From an uncultured bacterium (GTDB lineage: Bacteria; Hydrothermota; UBA3073; NMUJ01; CBEVQO01): a DNA stretch of 64,000 nt. Shown here one piece after another: positions 1 to 9,703 of this stretch (the first letter of the stretch is position 1; every line of letters starts with the position of its first letter). The stretch is taken from assembly GCA_965552055.1 (NCBI GenBank), contig CBEVQO010000004.1:160001-224000 (forward strand). The letters run 5' to 3'. The notes under the pieces were generated by a model. It had not been told where the DNA came from and did not search any database. It saw nothing but the letters and a program-made list of their open reading frames with translations. The translations under genes were made by a program, and so were the position numbers.

Positions 1-1797
1 GGTTTATGTTATTATCAGGAGCAAAAATTTGATAGTGCGTTATTTTATTATCATAAAGCATGTTCTCTTTTGCCTTGCTGTGAAAAAGAAAAAAAGAAAA
101 GAATTTTGCCTTTGTTATACAATAATATTGGGGTGTTGTATGATAAAATTTACCTGAAAAAACTTGCGAAAAAATACTGGCTAAAAATAATCAAGGAGTC
201 AAATTTTAAATGGGCTTTAGCCTGTGCTTATGCAAATATTGGGAGGCTTTACCAGGAGCGCTCCGAAGAAGATAGTGCCATTTTATTTCTGTTGAAATCT
301 CTTGAATATTATAAGAAGATAAGAAACAGGAGGGGCGAAGCACAGGTTTATAATAATCTTTCGCAATGCTATATCAATAGTGACTGGCATAAAGCTTTAT
401 TTTATGCAAGAAGGGCTTTAAAATTGAATAGTGAAACGGGCGATTATGATAATTATTGTTATTGCCTATTTTTCATTTCAAAGATTTTTTTATCTGCGAA
501 TTATAGAGATTCTGCTTTGTTTTATATTAATAAGATGCTGAACATGGAGCGTTTTCCCGTTAAATTAAAATGGAGAGTTTTTCTTTTGAAAGGTGACATT
601 GTTTTTGACTCTTCTTTATTTTATTATAAAAAGGCATTGGAGACACTGGAAGCGAGTATTAAGCATGCCCGGAAGATTGAAGTTAAAGCTGGACTTTATG
701 AAAATTTATCAAAACCTTATTTTAAAATTGCCGAATTCTTTGCAAAAAGAGGTAAAAAGGATTCGGTTTTAAAGTATCTTGAATTATCTTCACAGAATGT
801 TTTAAAAGAAGTCACAGGGTATAAGATGGGTGTAAATATTAGAAGATTGAGAGAAAAGTTGAGGACATTACAGATAGCCTTTATAGCCAATTATGAGAAT
901 GAATTTTTAATCCTGTTTATGAGGAATGATAGTATCCATGTCTTCCTGAAAGATATTCCTGTTGAGAGTTTGAGGTCTGTTAAAGGAAGGATATTTGAAA
1001 GCCTCATAAATGCGGTTAATATGAAGAAGATAGAGATTCCGTATAGGGAGTTGAAATGGCTTTATGATAAGATATTTTCGTGCATAGATAGTTTTATTGA
1101 TACTTCTTCGGTTCTGTTTATAGTTCCTCATTTTGAGTTGCTCGAAATACCTGTAGAATGTTTATGGGATGGTGATAGATTTCTGGGTGAGAGATATAAA
1201 ATTGTTTATTTACCTTCTTTATCTTTGTTGCGTAAGAGCAAAAAGCGATTTGGTAATTTATTGTTGTATGCTTATGGTAAGGAGTTAAGATACACTATTG
1301 CTGAAGTAAATGCTATAAAATCTATATGGGGGACTGCAGTTGTAGATACATCGGGTAAATTTTTGAAGGCTGTATCGGAATATGATATTTTACATCTTGC
1401 GACACATGGGCTTTTCAATGAAGATGATATAATGAATTCTGGTGTGCTTTTAAGCGATGATACACTTTGTCTGAATGAAGTGCTTAAAATGAATTTGAAT
1501 TTATCCCTGTGTGTTTTATCAGCGTGCGAGACATCATTTCTTGTTCGTTATCCTTCTTCTCCCTTTTTTGGACTTGTTTTTGCTTTCATAGCCAGGGGTA
1601 CGGATTTTGTTGTAAGTTCCAACTGGCCTGTAAGAGATGTTATAGCTTACAATTTTATGGTTGCTTTTTATAAGAAATTAAGGGAGACAGGAGATGTAGT
1701 GGATGCAATGAAGTATGCCCGTGTTAGTTTGTTGAATAAATACAAGCATCCTGCTTTCTGGTCTACCTTTATACTGGTGGGATGCGTGAGAAAATAA
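1..1797 (+). CDS. TPR-repeat CHAT-domain (caspase-like) protein, 5' partial
   Basis: Frame is open from base 1 (GLCYYQEQKFDSALFYYHKA). TPR-like repeats (YNNIG, YANIG, YNNLS) precede CHAT motifs HLATHG and VLSACET, ending HPAFWSTFILVG. Confidence 0.85.
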   Translation, partial: GLCYYQEQKFDSALFYYHKACSLLPCCEKEKKKRILPLLYNNIGVLYDKIYLKKLAKKYWLKIIKESNFKWALACAYANIGRLYQERSEEDSAILFLLKSLEYYKKIRNRRGEAQVYNNLSQCYINSDWHKALFYARRALKLNSETGDYDNYCYCLFFISKIFLSANYRDSALFYINKMLNMERFPVKLKWRVFLLKGDIVFDSSLFYYKKALETLEASIKHARKIEVKAGLYENLSKPYFKIAEFFAKRGKKDSVLKYLELSSQNVLKEVTGYKMGVNIRRLREKLRTLQIAFIANYENEFLILFMRNDSIHVFLKDIPVESLRSVKGRIFESLINAVNMKKIEIPYRELKWLYDKIFSCIDSFIDTSSVLFIVPHFELLEIPVECLWDGDRFLGERYKIVYLPSLSLLRKSKKRFGNLLLYAYGKELRYTIAEVNAIKSIWGTAVVDTSGKFLKAVSEYDILHLATHGLFNEDDIMNSGVLLSDDTLCLNEVLKMNLNLSLCVLSACETSFLVRYPSSPFFGLVFAFIARGTDFVVSSNWPVRDVIAYNFMVAFYKKLRETGDVVDAMKYARVSLLNKYKHPAFWSTFILVGCVRK

Positions 1798-2876
1798 AAA
1801 TATTGATAATAGGACCAACCCCTCCGCCATACTTTGGAACAGCTGTGGCGACACAAAAGATATTACAAAATGAAAAATTAAATAAAAAATTCGATTTATT
1901 GCATCTTGATACATCGGATAGAAGGGGAGTCGAGAATATAGGGAGATGGGATTTGCAAAACATTAAACTTGCCATTTTTCACATTTTAAAATTATTTCTG
2001 TTGCTTCTGAAGAAAAAAGTAAATCTTACATACATCCCGATTGCCCAAAATGTACCCGGTTTTTTGCGAGACGGGATTTTTATTCTTATAAGCAAGCTTT
2101 TTGGCAAAAAAGTAGTTTGTCATCTCAGGGGAAGTTATTTCAGGGATTTTTATGAGAGAACAAATTCCATTATGCGATTTTATATAAAGTTCTGTCTGAA
2201 AAAAGTCGATAGAATGATAGTATTGTGCGAAAGGTTGAAGAAAATTTTTAGTGGTCTCATAGATGATAAGAAAATATCCGTGGTGCCGAATGGTTTACCC
2301 GTTAGGGAATTAATAAGGAGAAAAGGTGAGCATTTTTTATATTTAAGTAATCTTTCTGCAGGTAAGGGGGTATTCTTTGCATTGAATGGCTTAAAAATTC
2401 TGGATAAAGATTTGCACTTTAAGTTTATATTCGCAGGCAACTGGCGTAACTCATATGATAAGAAGAGGGCGATTGAGATTATAAAAAGTTTTAAAAAAAT
2501 CGATGTGCAACTGGTTGGTGCAGTGAAGGGCGAAGAAAAATCGGAATTGATGTCGAAATCCATAGCTCTTATTTTTACTCCTGTTCATAAAGAAGGTATG
2601 CCATGGGTGATAATAGAGGCACTCTCCTATGGTTTACCCATTATTTCGACAGATAGAGGGTGTATCCCAGATATGGTAAAGGATGGTGAAAATGGTTTTA
2701 TAGTGAAGGATGAGAAAGATCTGGCAGAAAAGATAAAGATATTGCTGGAGAATGAAGAATTAAGGGAAAAAATGTGCAGGAAATCGCGAGAGATTTTTTT
2801 AAATTATTACAATGAGGATAAAAGTATGGAGAAGTTTATCGAAGTTTTTCACTTGACTTTTTCATCAAAAGGATAA
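1782..2876 (+). CDS. Glycosyltransferase family 4
   Basis: GT-B motifs VVPNG and EGMPWVIIEALSYGLPIIST (EX7E). Confidence 0.9.
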   Translation: MREKIKILIIGPTPPPYFGTAVATQKILQNEKLNKKFDLLHLDTSDRRGVENIGRWDLQNIKLAIFHILKLFLLLLKKKVNLTYIPIAQNVPGFLRDGIFILISKLFGKKVVCHLRGSYFRDFYERTNSIMRFYIKFCLKKVDRMIVLCERLKKIFSGLIDDKKISVVPNGLPVRELIRRKGEHFLYLSNLSAGKGVFFALNGLKILDKDLHFKFIFAGNWRNSYDKKRAIEIIKSFKKIDVQLVGAVKGEEKSELMSKSIALIFTPVHKEGMPWVIIEALSYGLPIISTDRGCIPDMVKDGENGFIVKDEKDLAEKIKILLENEELREKMCRKSREIFLNYYNEDKSMEKFIEVFHLTFSSKG

Positions 2877-2879
2877 AAT
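2853..2879 (+). promoter_or_regulatory. sigma70-like promoter TTGACT-N15-TAAAAT
   Basis: Boxes read directly; GTG start lies 6 nt after the -10 box. Confidence 0.6.
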
Positions 2880-2885
2880 AATATA

Positions 2886-3635
2886 GTGAAAGTGGCACTG
2901 ATTAGTGATTTTCATGGCAAGGAAGAATATCTGGAGAAATTTATTAATGCTATAAAGTCAGAGAGTCTTGATTTTATCATATTTTGTGGTGATGTGGTTA
3001 AGGGTTTTGTCAGGGGTGACGAGTGGCTCAGTGCCCGTTCAGATGGCAGGTGTCCTGATAAGAATAAAAAAGAAATATGGGATTCTTTTTCGGAAGATAA
3101 ATATTTTTATGATAAATTTTTCGGTGAATTAGACAAACTTGGTTTGCAGGTACTTGTGGTGCATGGAAACATGGATGCTCCTGTTAAATATTTTGAAGAA
3201 GCAGTTGATAAATATCCCAACATTTATAATTTGCATTGTGCTGTTTATGGTTGGAAAGATTGGGTATTTTTTGGATTCGGGGGAGAGATTACCGAGTCGG
3301 AATACGAAGATTTTTTCGTCAATGTGTATCCGAGAAAGATGATAGAGAAAGCTTTTTTGAAGATGAAAGATGTTAGATTAAAAAAAATATTCGTTACGCA
3401 TACTCCTCCTGTATCAAGAGCAGGTACAGAACCTCAGGGGTATAAAGGATGCGAGATTATAAATGAGATTATTCTGAACTATAAACCTGTTTTTCATTTC
3501 TGTGGTCATGCTCATAAAGCCCGTGGACAGGATAAAATAGGAGAAACAGTTGTGGTGAACCCTGGACCCCTGAAATACGGATATTATGCGATTTGCGATG
3601 TTGAAAAGAAGGAGGTAAAATTTTTGACTCTTTAA
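2886..3635 (+). CDS. Calcineurin-like metallophosphoesterase (Icc-related)
   Basis: Motifs SDFHG, CGDVV, HGNMD, THTPP and CGHAH. Confidence 0.88.
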   Translation: MKVALISDFHGKEEYLEKFINAIKSESLDFIIFCGDVVKGFVRGDEWLSARSDGRCPDKNKKEIWDSFSEDKYFYDKFFGELDKLGLQVLVVHGNMDAPVKYFEEAVDKYPNIYNLHCAVYGWKDWVFFGFGGEITESEYEDFFVNVYPRKMIEKAFLKMKDVRLKKIFVTHTPPVSRAGTEPQGYKGCEIINEIILNYKPVFHFCGHAHKARGQDKIGETVVVNPGPLKYGYYAICDVEKKEVKFLTL

Positions 3636-3655
3636 ACACATTTGCTAAAATATTA

Positions 3656-3850
3656 TTGCTTTTTGGTATCTTTTTGATTTTTACTTCTGGTATTCTATTT
3701 TTGCTTGGTAAAACAGGTGTTAACTTTCCGCGTTTACCGGGTGATATTTACATAAAGCGTGAAAATTTTGTTTTTTATTTTCCCATTGTTAGTTGTGTTA
3801 TTTTGTCTTTACTTTTGACTCTTATTTTAAATCTTTTGTGCAGGAGATGA
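3656..3850 (+). CDS. DUF2905-like small membrane protein (start uncertain)
   Basis: RLPGDIYIKRENFVFYFPIVSC signature between two hydrophobic helices. Confidence 0.8.
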   Translation: MLFGIFLIFTSGILFLLGKTGVNFPRLPGDIYIKRENFVFYFPIVSCVILSLLLTLILNLLCRR

Positions 3851-4902
3851 TACCTGAGAGTTTATTTTTTATAGTGTCGAAATATTTTGAAGTCGAAAGT
3901 GTTCATTACTCTGGAGAAAGGCTTTCTTTCTTTGGGCGACCGATCGGTGACCCTGATGAATCTTTTGATAATATTTATCGTGAGATAAGAAAGTTTGATT
4001 TCATTCCTGCTTTTTTCAAAAAAGATGGACATATAGAATTGAGGATTGTAAAATTTTCGCCCGTTAAAGCGGGTAATCACAATGTGAATCTCATATTGCT
4101 TTTTCTTACTGTTATCACAACAGTGCTTGCCGGTGTTATGCTTTCTGGCAAAAGTCCGTTAATCATAAAGAACTGGATTTATGGTATTCCTTATTCAATA
4201 GCGATAATGACAATACTTGGAGCACATGAGCTCGGGCATTATTTTGCCTGCAAAAAATATGGTGTAAGGGCAACTCTTCCTTATTTTATTCCTGTGCCTA
4301 CTTTTGTAGGGACATTTGGTGCAATAATAAGGATAAAATCGCCGATTCCAAATAGGAGAAGCTTAATGGTGATAGGAGCCAGCGGACCTTTTATTGGTTT
4401 ATTCTTTGCAATACTTTTTACAATAATAGGTTTAAAACTGTCGAAAGTGGTTCCGCGTACAGGGGCAGGGTTATCGCTTGGTAGTTCTTTACTTTTTTCT
4501 TTTTTATCGAAAATGGTTTATCCTGATGTTCCCGCGGGCATGACGATAGCTTTAAATCCACTTGCTTTCGCTGGCTGGCTCGGTATGTTTGTCACCGCTA
4601 TGAATCTATTGCCTGTTGGTCAGCTAGATGGCGGACATATTGCTTATTCTTTATTCGGGGAAAAACAAAGATATTTCTCTTTACCTGTTATAGCTTTATT
4701 GATTTATTTTGGGATAAAATACTGGGTGGGATGGTTTTTATGGGCACTTTTGCTTGCATTTCTCGCAGGGGTAAGACATCCCCCAACTTTAAATGACCTC
4801 AGCAAACTAAAACCGGCTCACAGGATAATGGGAATAGCTGGATTTATCGTGCTTATTGTAACATTTATTCCTTCGCCATTTCCTGGTGTGAAACTGGGAT
4901 GA
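3847..4902 (+). CDS. Site-2 protease (M50 intramembrane zinc metalloprotease)
   Basis: HELGH and NLLPVGQLDGGH motifs, multiple TM segments; ATG at 3847 overlaps the upstream stop. Confidence 0.92.
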   Translation: MIPESLFFIVSKYFEVESVHYSGERLSFFGRPIGDPDESFDNIYREIRKFDFIPAFFKKDGHIELRIVKFSPVKAGNHNVNLILLFLTVITTVLAGVMLSGKSPLIIKNWIYGIPYSIAIMTILGAHELGHYFACKKYGVRATLPYFIPVPTFVGTFGAIIRIKSPIPNRRSLMVIGASGPFIGLFFAILFTIIGLKLSKVVPRTGAGLSLGSSLLFSFLSKMVYPDVPAGMTIALNPLAFAGWLGMFVTAMNLLPVGQLDGGHIAYSLFGEKQRYFSLPVIALLIYFGIKYWVGWFLWALLLAFLAGVRHPPTLNDLSKLKPAHRIMGIAGFIVLIVTFIPSPFPGVKLG

Positions 4903-5783
4903 ATGTTGTATCGAAAACAGATTTAAAAGATGTGAAGTTAATAAAAAGGGGCAAGGTAAGGGATATATACGAAGTGGATGATAAGCTGTTAATAGTTTCT
5001 ACCGATAGAATATCTGCTTTCGATATTGTGCTACCCAATGCTATTCCTATGAAAGGTAAAATTTTGAATAAGATGTGTGAATTCTGGTTTAAATTTACAT
5101 GTGATATTTGCGATAATCATTTTATAACTGCGGATGTTGAAGATTTTCCCGATATTTTGAAAAAATATTCATTAATTTTGAAAGATAGGGCAATGTTATG
5201 TTTGCGTGCAGAACCTATCATGGTTGAATGCATTGTCAGGGGTTATTTATCTGGCAGTGCCTGGAAAGAATATAAGAAAAAAGGGACGATATGGGGGACA
5301 AGGTATCCCGATGGCTTAAAGGAGTCGCAGAAATTGGATGAGCCAATATTTACTCCAACTACAAAAGCATTGGAAGGGCATGATGAACCCATAACTTTTA
5401 AAAAATTAAAAGATAAATATGGTACGGAGATTGCGAATTTTCTAAAAGATAAGAGCATAGAAATTTATTTGAAAGGAGCAAAATATGCAGAGGATAGAGA
5501 TATTATAATAGCGGATGCAAAATTTGAATTTGGTTTTTATGATGATAGGATAATTTTAATAGATGAGATTTTGACACCCGATTCTTCGAGATTCTGGGAT
5601 GCAAAGGAATATTCGCCCGGGTTACCTCAAAAGAGTTTTGATAAGCAATTTGTCAGGGATTATCTCGAAAGTATAGGCTGGAATAAGAAGCCCCCGCCCC
5701 CACCCCTCCCCCCCGAAATTATCAAAAAGACAACAGAAAAATATAAGGAAGCATACAAAAGATTAGTGGGAGAGGAGATATGA
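4899..5783 (+). CDS. purC: SAICAR synthase
   Basis: GKVRDIY, DRISAFD, DAKFEFG, DEILTPDSSRFW and FDKQFVRDYL. Confidence 0.96.
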   Translation: MNVVSKTDLKDVKLIKRGKVRDIYEVDDKLLIVSTDRISAFDIVLPNAIPMKGKILNKMCEFWFKFTCDICDNHFITADVEDFPDILKKYSLILKDRAMLCLRAEPIMVECIVRGYLSGSAWKEYKKKGTIWGTRYPDGLKESQKLDEPIFTPTTKALEGHDEPITFKKLKDKYGTEIANFLKDKSIEIYLKGAKYAEDRDIIIADAKFEFGFYDDRIILIDEILTPDSSRFWDAKEYSPGLPQKSFDKQFVRDYLESIGWNKKPPPPPLPPEIIKKTTEKYKEAYKRLVGEEI

Positions 5784-5784
5784 A
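5762..5784 (+). repeat. 23-bp direct repeat copy 1 (ATTAGTGGGAGAGGAGATATGAA)
   Basis: Exact match to 7455-7477; contains the purC 3' end, the RBS and the next ATG. Confidence 0.9.
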
Positions 5785-6823
5785 TAAACTTTTATCTGCT
5801 ATTGAAGCAGCCAAAATCCTACAAATAACAGTTAAGGAATTACATGAGTTAACGAAGTCAGGTGAAATAAAGAGCATCATTATTCCCAGTGGACAATACA
5901 AATTCGATTACGAAGAGATTTTGAGATTTAAGAAAACCGATTTATATCAAAAACTTAAAAAAAGAGGCAAAAAAGCACTGGAAGATAAGATAAAATTAAT
6001 AGAAGTTAATAACACCACTCAAAAAATAATTGTGGGCGATGCACGCAAAATGGAAGAAATAGAAAATGGTTCTATAAATCTTGTAATAACTTCGCCTCCA
6101 TATTTTAACGCTAAATTGTATTCTGAGACGAAAATCGAAGGAGATTTAGGTGCAATTGAAGATTTAGATAAATGGTTAGAAGAAATTGAAAAAGTGTGGC
6201 GTGAAGTTTATCGGGTTTTACAACCCGGCAGGAAAGCATTTATTAATATTATGAATTTACCTGTTCGCACAAAGCGGGGATTTAAAACTTTGAATTTATG
6301 TGGTAAAACAATAGATATTTTTGAAAAAATAGGGTTTATATTTAAAAGAGACATTGTGTGGCACAAAACAAACTCAGTCCGTGCACATTTCGGTACTTTT
6401 CCCTATCCCGGTAATATTTTAATAAACTATGCACATGAATTCATACTGGAGTTTGAGAAACCTGCTCCTAAAAATTATGATAAATATGCTCATTTAACTG
6501 AATATCAAAAAGAGGCATCGAAGTTAGAAAAAGAATTTTGGATTGAGATTAAGAAGACAGATGTATGGACTATGAAACCCGAAGGTTCGGGTGATAGGCG
6601 TGAACATGTTGCACCTTTTCCTTATGAGTTGCCTTATAGATTGATAAAAGCTTACAGTTACATTGGTGAAGTCGTTTTAGATCCTTTTGTAGGTTCAGGA
6701 ACCACTTTAATTGCAGCTAGAGATTTAATGAGAAATGGTATAGGATATGAAATAAATCCTGAAATTGCAGCTGTAGCAGTTGAAAGGATAAAAAATTACC
6801 AGTATAAATTGTTTAAAAAATGA
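5780..6823 (+). CDS. Beta-class N4/N6 DNA methyltransferase with N-terminal excisionase-like HTH
   Basis: N-terminal LLSAIEAAKILQI...SGQYKF HTH; catalytic TSPPY precedes HVAPFP and the SAM-binding LDPFVGSGTT. Confidence 0.9.
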   Translation: MNKLLSAIEAAKILQITVKELHELTKSGEIKSIIIPSGQYKFDYEEILRFKKTDLYQKLKKRGKKALEDKIKLIEVNNTTQKIIVGDARKMEEIENGSINLVITSPPYFNAKLYSETKIEGDLGAIEDLDKWLEEIEKVWREVYRVLQPGRKAFINIMNLPVRTKRGFKTLNLCGKTIDIFEKIGFIFKRDIVWHKTNSVRAHFGTFPYPGNILINYAHEFILEFEKPAPKNYDKYAHLTEYQKEASKLEKEFWIEIKKTDVWTMKPEGSGDRREHVAPFPYELPYRLIKAYSYIGEVVLDPFVGSGTTLIAARDLMRNGIGYEINPEIAAVAVERIKNYQYKLFKK

Positions 6824-7476
6824 ATGTATTATGCCAAATAAATGACTTTAAAAAAGCAATTAATGAAATAATAGAACTTTTAGATTGTGAAAAGTTAAAT
6901 TTGGAAAGAGGCGTAGAATTTACTGATGAGATAAAAGAAATAAAATCTTTTTTTGTTTTCTTAAAAAATATATCTAAAAAAGCAAATTCTTATGAAGAGC
7001 TCATAAAAATTCTTAATGAAAGTAAAGAAATTGATAAAAGATTTTTAGGTTTTTTAGGAAAAATTTTAGATATTATTCAAGTTTTAAAAGAAGGAAGCGA
7101 ACGAAACAGGAAAATAAGGTCGGAGATAATTAAGAATTTAGAAGAAACAGGGCACTGGAGAGAAAGTATGAGAATAAGAATAGAAAGATATCATAAAGAA
7201 TTAATCGAAGCAATTGTTATTTACAATATTTTGGAAATAGCTTATTTTATCGGGGAGAAAAAAGAAAGCAGGTTAGGCAAACCGCTACAAAAAAAATTTG
7301 AAGAATATGAAGATTGTTTAATATTTATACCACATGTAAAAGAAAATGTTAAACAGATAAATGAAAAAGATGAAATTATCATTCCTCAGGAGGTTTTAAA
7401 AACAAAGATAAAGTTTGAGGATTTTGAGAATTTGCCGGCAGATGATTTAATCAAATTAGTGGGAGAGGAGATATGA
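6820..7476 (+). CDS. Hypothetical protein coupled to the methyltransferase
   Basis: 218-aa ORF with ATGA overlaps at both ends; no recognisable motif. Confidence 0.7.
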   Translation: MNVLCQINDFKKAINEIIELLDCEKLNLERGVEFTDEIKEIKSFFVFLKNISKKANSYEELIKILNESKEIDKRFLGFLGKILDIIQVLKEGSERNRKIRSEIIKNLEETGHWRESMRIRIERYHKELIEAIVIYNILEIAYFIGEKKESRLGKPLQKKFEEYEDCLIFIPHVKENVKQINEKDEIIIPQEVLKTKIKFEDFENLPADDLIKLVGEEI

Positions 7477-7477
7477 A
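7455..7477 (+). repeat. 23-bp direct repeat copy 2
   Basis: Exact match to 5762-5784; both upstream proteins end in LVGEEI*. Confidence 0.9.
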
Positions 7478-7985
7478 AGAATATAAATTATCGGATGAGT
7501 TTTTGTCAACGGGTGTTCCTACTGCTGGGGACCTGAAGTATGTGTTACCGCCTGATGAGCGCCTTGAGAGGGGTCCCTGTGTCGTGGTTGAGTGCTTTCA
7601 GCGTATCCCGTGCAATCCCTGTACCAGAGCGTGTCCTTCAGGAGCTATAAAAATAGAAGGAAATATCAATAATTTACCCGAGGTGGATTTTGATAAATGC
7701 ACAGGATGCGGTGTGTGTATCGCTCATTGTCCCGGATTATGTATTTTTGTTGTACATAAAAATTATACAGAAAAAACAGGAAGAGTGATGATACCCTATG
7801 AATTTTTACCTGTTCCGGAAAAGGGTGAAATCGTTGATGGTTTGAATCGTGCAGGCGAAAAAGTTTGTGATGCAAAAGTTTTAAGAGTGATAAATAATCC
7901 AAAGCAAGACAAAACTTTAATAATAGATGTGGAAGTGCCGAAAAATTTAATAAATGAAGTAAGGATGATAAAAGTGAGAAGATGA
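7473..7985 (+). CDS. 4Fe-4S dicluster protein (similar to the ferredoxin subunit of sarcosine/proline oxidoreductase complexes)
   Basis: [16 protein letters not shown] and [12 protein letters not shown]. Confidence 0.85.
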   Translation: MKEYKLSDEFLSTGVPTAGDLKYVLPPDERLERGPCVVVECFQRIPCNPCTRACPSGAIKIEGNINNLPEVDFDKCTGCGVCIAHCPGLCIFVVHKNYTEKTGRVMIPYEFLPVPEKGEIVDGLNRAGEKVCDAKVLRVINNPKQDKTLIIDVEVPKNLINEVRMIKVRR

Positions 7986-9703
7986 GAGTTGGAATTGCAC
8001 AAATAAATCCCACGGTTGGTGATTTTGAAGGCAACGCTAAAAAAATTCTGGAGTATATTGAGAAAGCAAGGGAAGTGGAGTGCGATGTCGTTGCATTTCC
8101 TGAGCTGGTGCTGACAGGATATCCGCCCGAAGATTTGTTGCTGAAACCCAAATTTATAGAAGAAAATCTTAAAAAAATAAAAGAAATAGCATCAAAAACA
8201 AAAGACATAGTCGCAATAATAGGTTTTGTTGATAAAAAGGACGATATTTATAACGCTGCAGCTATTATTTATGATGGTGAAATAAAAGGTGTTCATCACA
8301 AGCATTATCTACCCAATTACACTGTATTCGATGAAAAGAGGTATTTTCAGGAAGGCAAAGAATCTTATGTTTATCAGTATGGTGAATGTATTTTCGGGGT
8401 TACTATTTGTGAGGATATCTGGATACAGGGTGGCACTCTTGAAGCCCAGGTTCTTGGTGGTGATGTTGAGATTATTTTCTCAATAAATGCCTCGCCTTAT
8501 CATGTTGGGAAATGGGAACAAAGGAGAGAGATGCTTTCTACTCGTGCAAACGATAATTCAATAGTTATTGTTTATGCAAATATGGTTGGGGGACAGGATG
8601 AGCTCGTTTTTGATGGTCATTCTATGGTTATAAATGAGTATGGTGAGTTGATAGCAGAGGCATCGCAATTTGAAGAAGATTTTATTGCCTGTGACATAGA
8701 CAGGAGGAGCATTCTCAGAAAAAGATTGCACGACCCGAGGAGGAGAGAAGCCAAAGAAGAATTTTTACAAACAGGTCAAAAGGTTAAAAGAATAATTTTA
8801 AAAAAGGACGAATATGAAAAAGATAAGAAACCACTTCCTTCTTATCCGAGGATAAGGTTGCATGAAACAGAGGAGATTTACAGGGCATTATGTGTTGGTT
8901 TGCGTGATTACATAAAGAAAAATGGCTTTAAAAAAGTGGTAATAGGGTTATCCGGCGGGATAGATTCTGCGCTTACAGCTGTAATAGCGGTCGATGCACT
9001 TGGAAAGGAGAATGTAACATGTGTTTATATGCCATCGATGTATTCATCAAAAGAAAGTAAAGAAGATGCAGAAAAGCTTGCGAAAAATCTTGGAGTGAAA
9101 TTTCTGGAAATACCCATAACCGATATTTACAATCAATATATGAAAGTGTTTGGCAAAGTGTTTAAGGGCTTGCCTGTCGATAAGACCGAAGAAAATTTGC
9201 AGGCAAGGATAAGGGGTAATATTTTGATGGCTTTATCAAATAAATTCGGCTGGATTGTTTTATCTACAGGTAATAAAAGTGAAATGAGCGTTGGATATGC
9301 GACACTTTATGGTGATATGTGCGGTGGATTTAATGTGTTGAAAGATGTTCCAAAGACGCTTGTTTACAAACTCGCACATTACAGGAATACAAAATCAAAA
9401 GTGATACCCGATAGAATTTTGAAAAAACCGCCCTCAGCTGAGTTAAGACCAAATCAAAGAGACGAAGACGAGCTCGCACCTTATGAATTGCTTGACCCCA
9501 TAGTGCAGCTTTATGTTGAAGAAGATAGGAGCATGGATGAAATTATAAAAATGGGTTTCGAAGAGAAACTTGTAAAAAAGGTAGTAAGTATGATAGACAA
9601 AAACGAATATAAGAGGCGTCAATCACCACCCGGCATTAAAATAACCCCAAGAGCATTTGGTAAAGATAGAAGAATGCCCATAACCAATAAATTTATTCCT
9701 TAA
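7982..9703 (+). CDS. nadE: Glutamine-dependent NAD+ synthetase
   Basis: Nitrilase domain (FPEL, ICEDIW) plus synthetase domain ([22 protein letters not shown]). Confidence 0.96.
   Translation: MRVGIAQINPTVGDFEGNAKKILEYIEKAREVECDVVAFPELVLTGYPPEDLLLKPKFIEENLKKIKEIASKTKDIVAIIGFVDKKDDIYNAAAIIYDGEIKGVHHKHYLPNYTVFDEKRYFQEGKESYVYQYGECIFGVTICEDIWIQGGTLEAQVLGGDVEIIFSINASPYHVGKWEQRREMLSTRANDNSIVIVYANMVGGQDELVFDGHSMVINEYGELIAEASQFEEDFIACDIDRRSILRKRLHDPRRREAKEEFLQTGQKVKRIILKKDEYEKDKKPLPSYPRIRLHETEEIYRALCVGLRDYIKKNGFKKVVIGLSGGIDSALTAVIAVDALGKENVTCVYMPSMYSSKESKEDAEKLAKNLGVKFLEIPITDIYNQYMKVFGKVFKGLPVDKTEENLQARIRGNILMALSNKFGWIVLSTGNKSEMSVGYATLYGDMCGGFNVLKDVPKTLVYKLAHYRNTKSKVIPDRILKKPPSAELRPNQRDEDELAPYELLDPIVQLYVEEDRSMDEIIKMGFEEKLVKKVVSMIDKNEYKRRQSPPGIKITPRAFGKDRRMPITNKFIP

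Noticed and set aside
5690..5714. C-rich run in purC as a possible slippage tract
   Set aside because: It encodes the Pro-rich WNKKPPPPPLPP segment typical of this PurC type, and the frame is intact.
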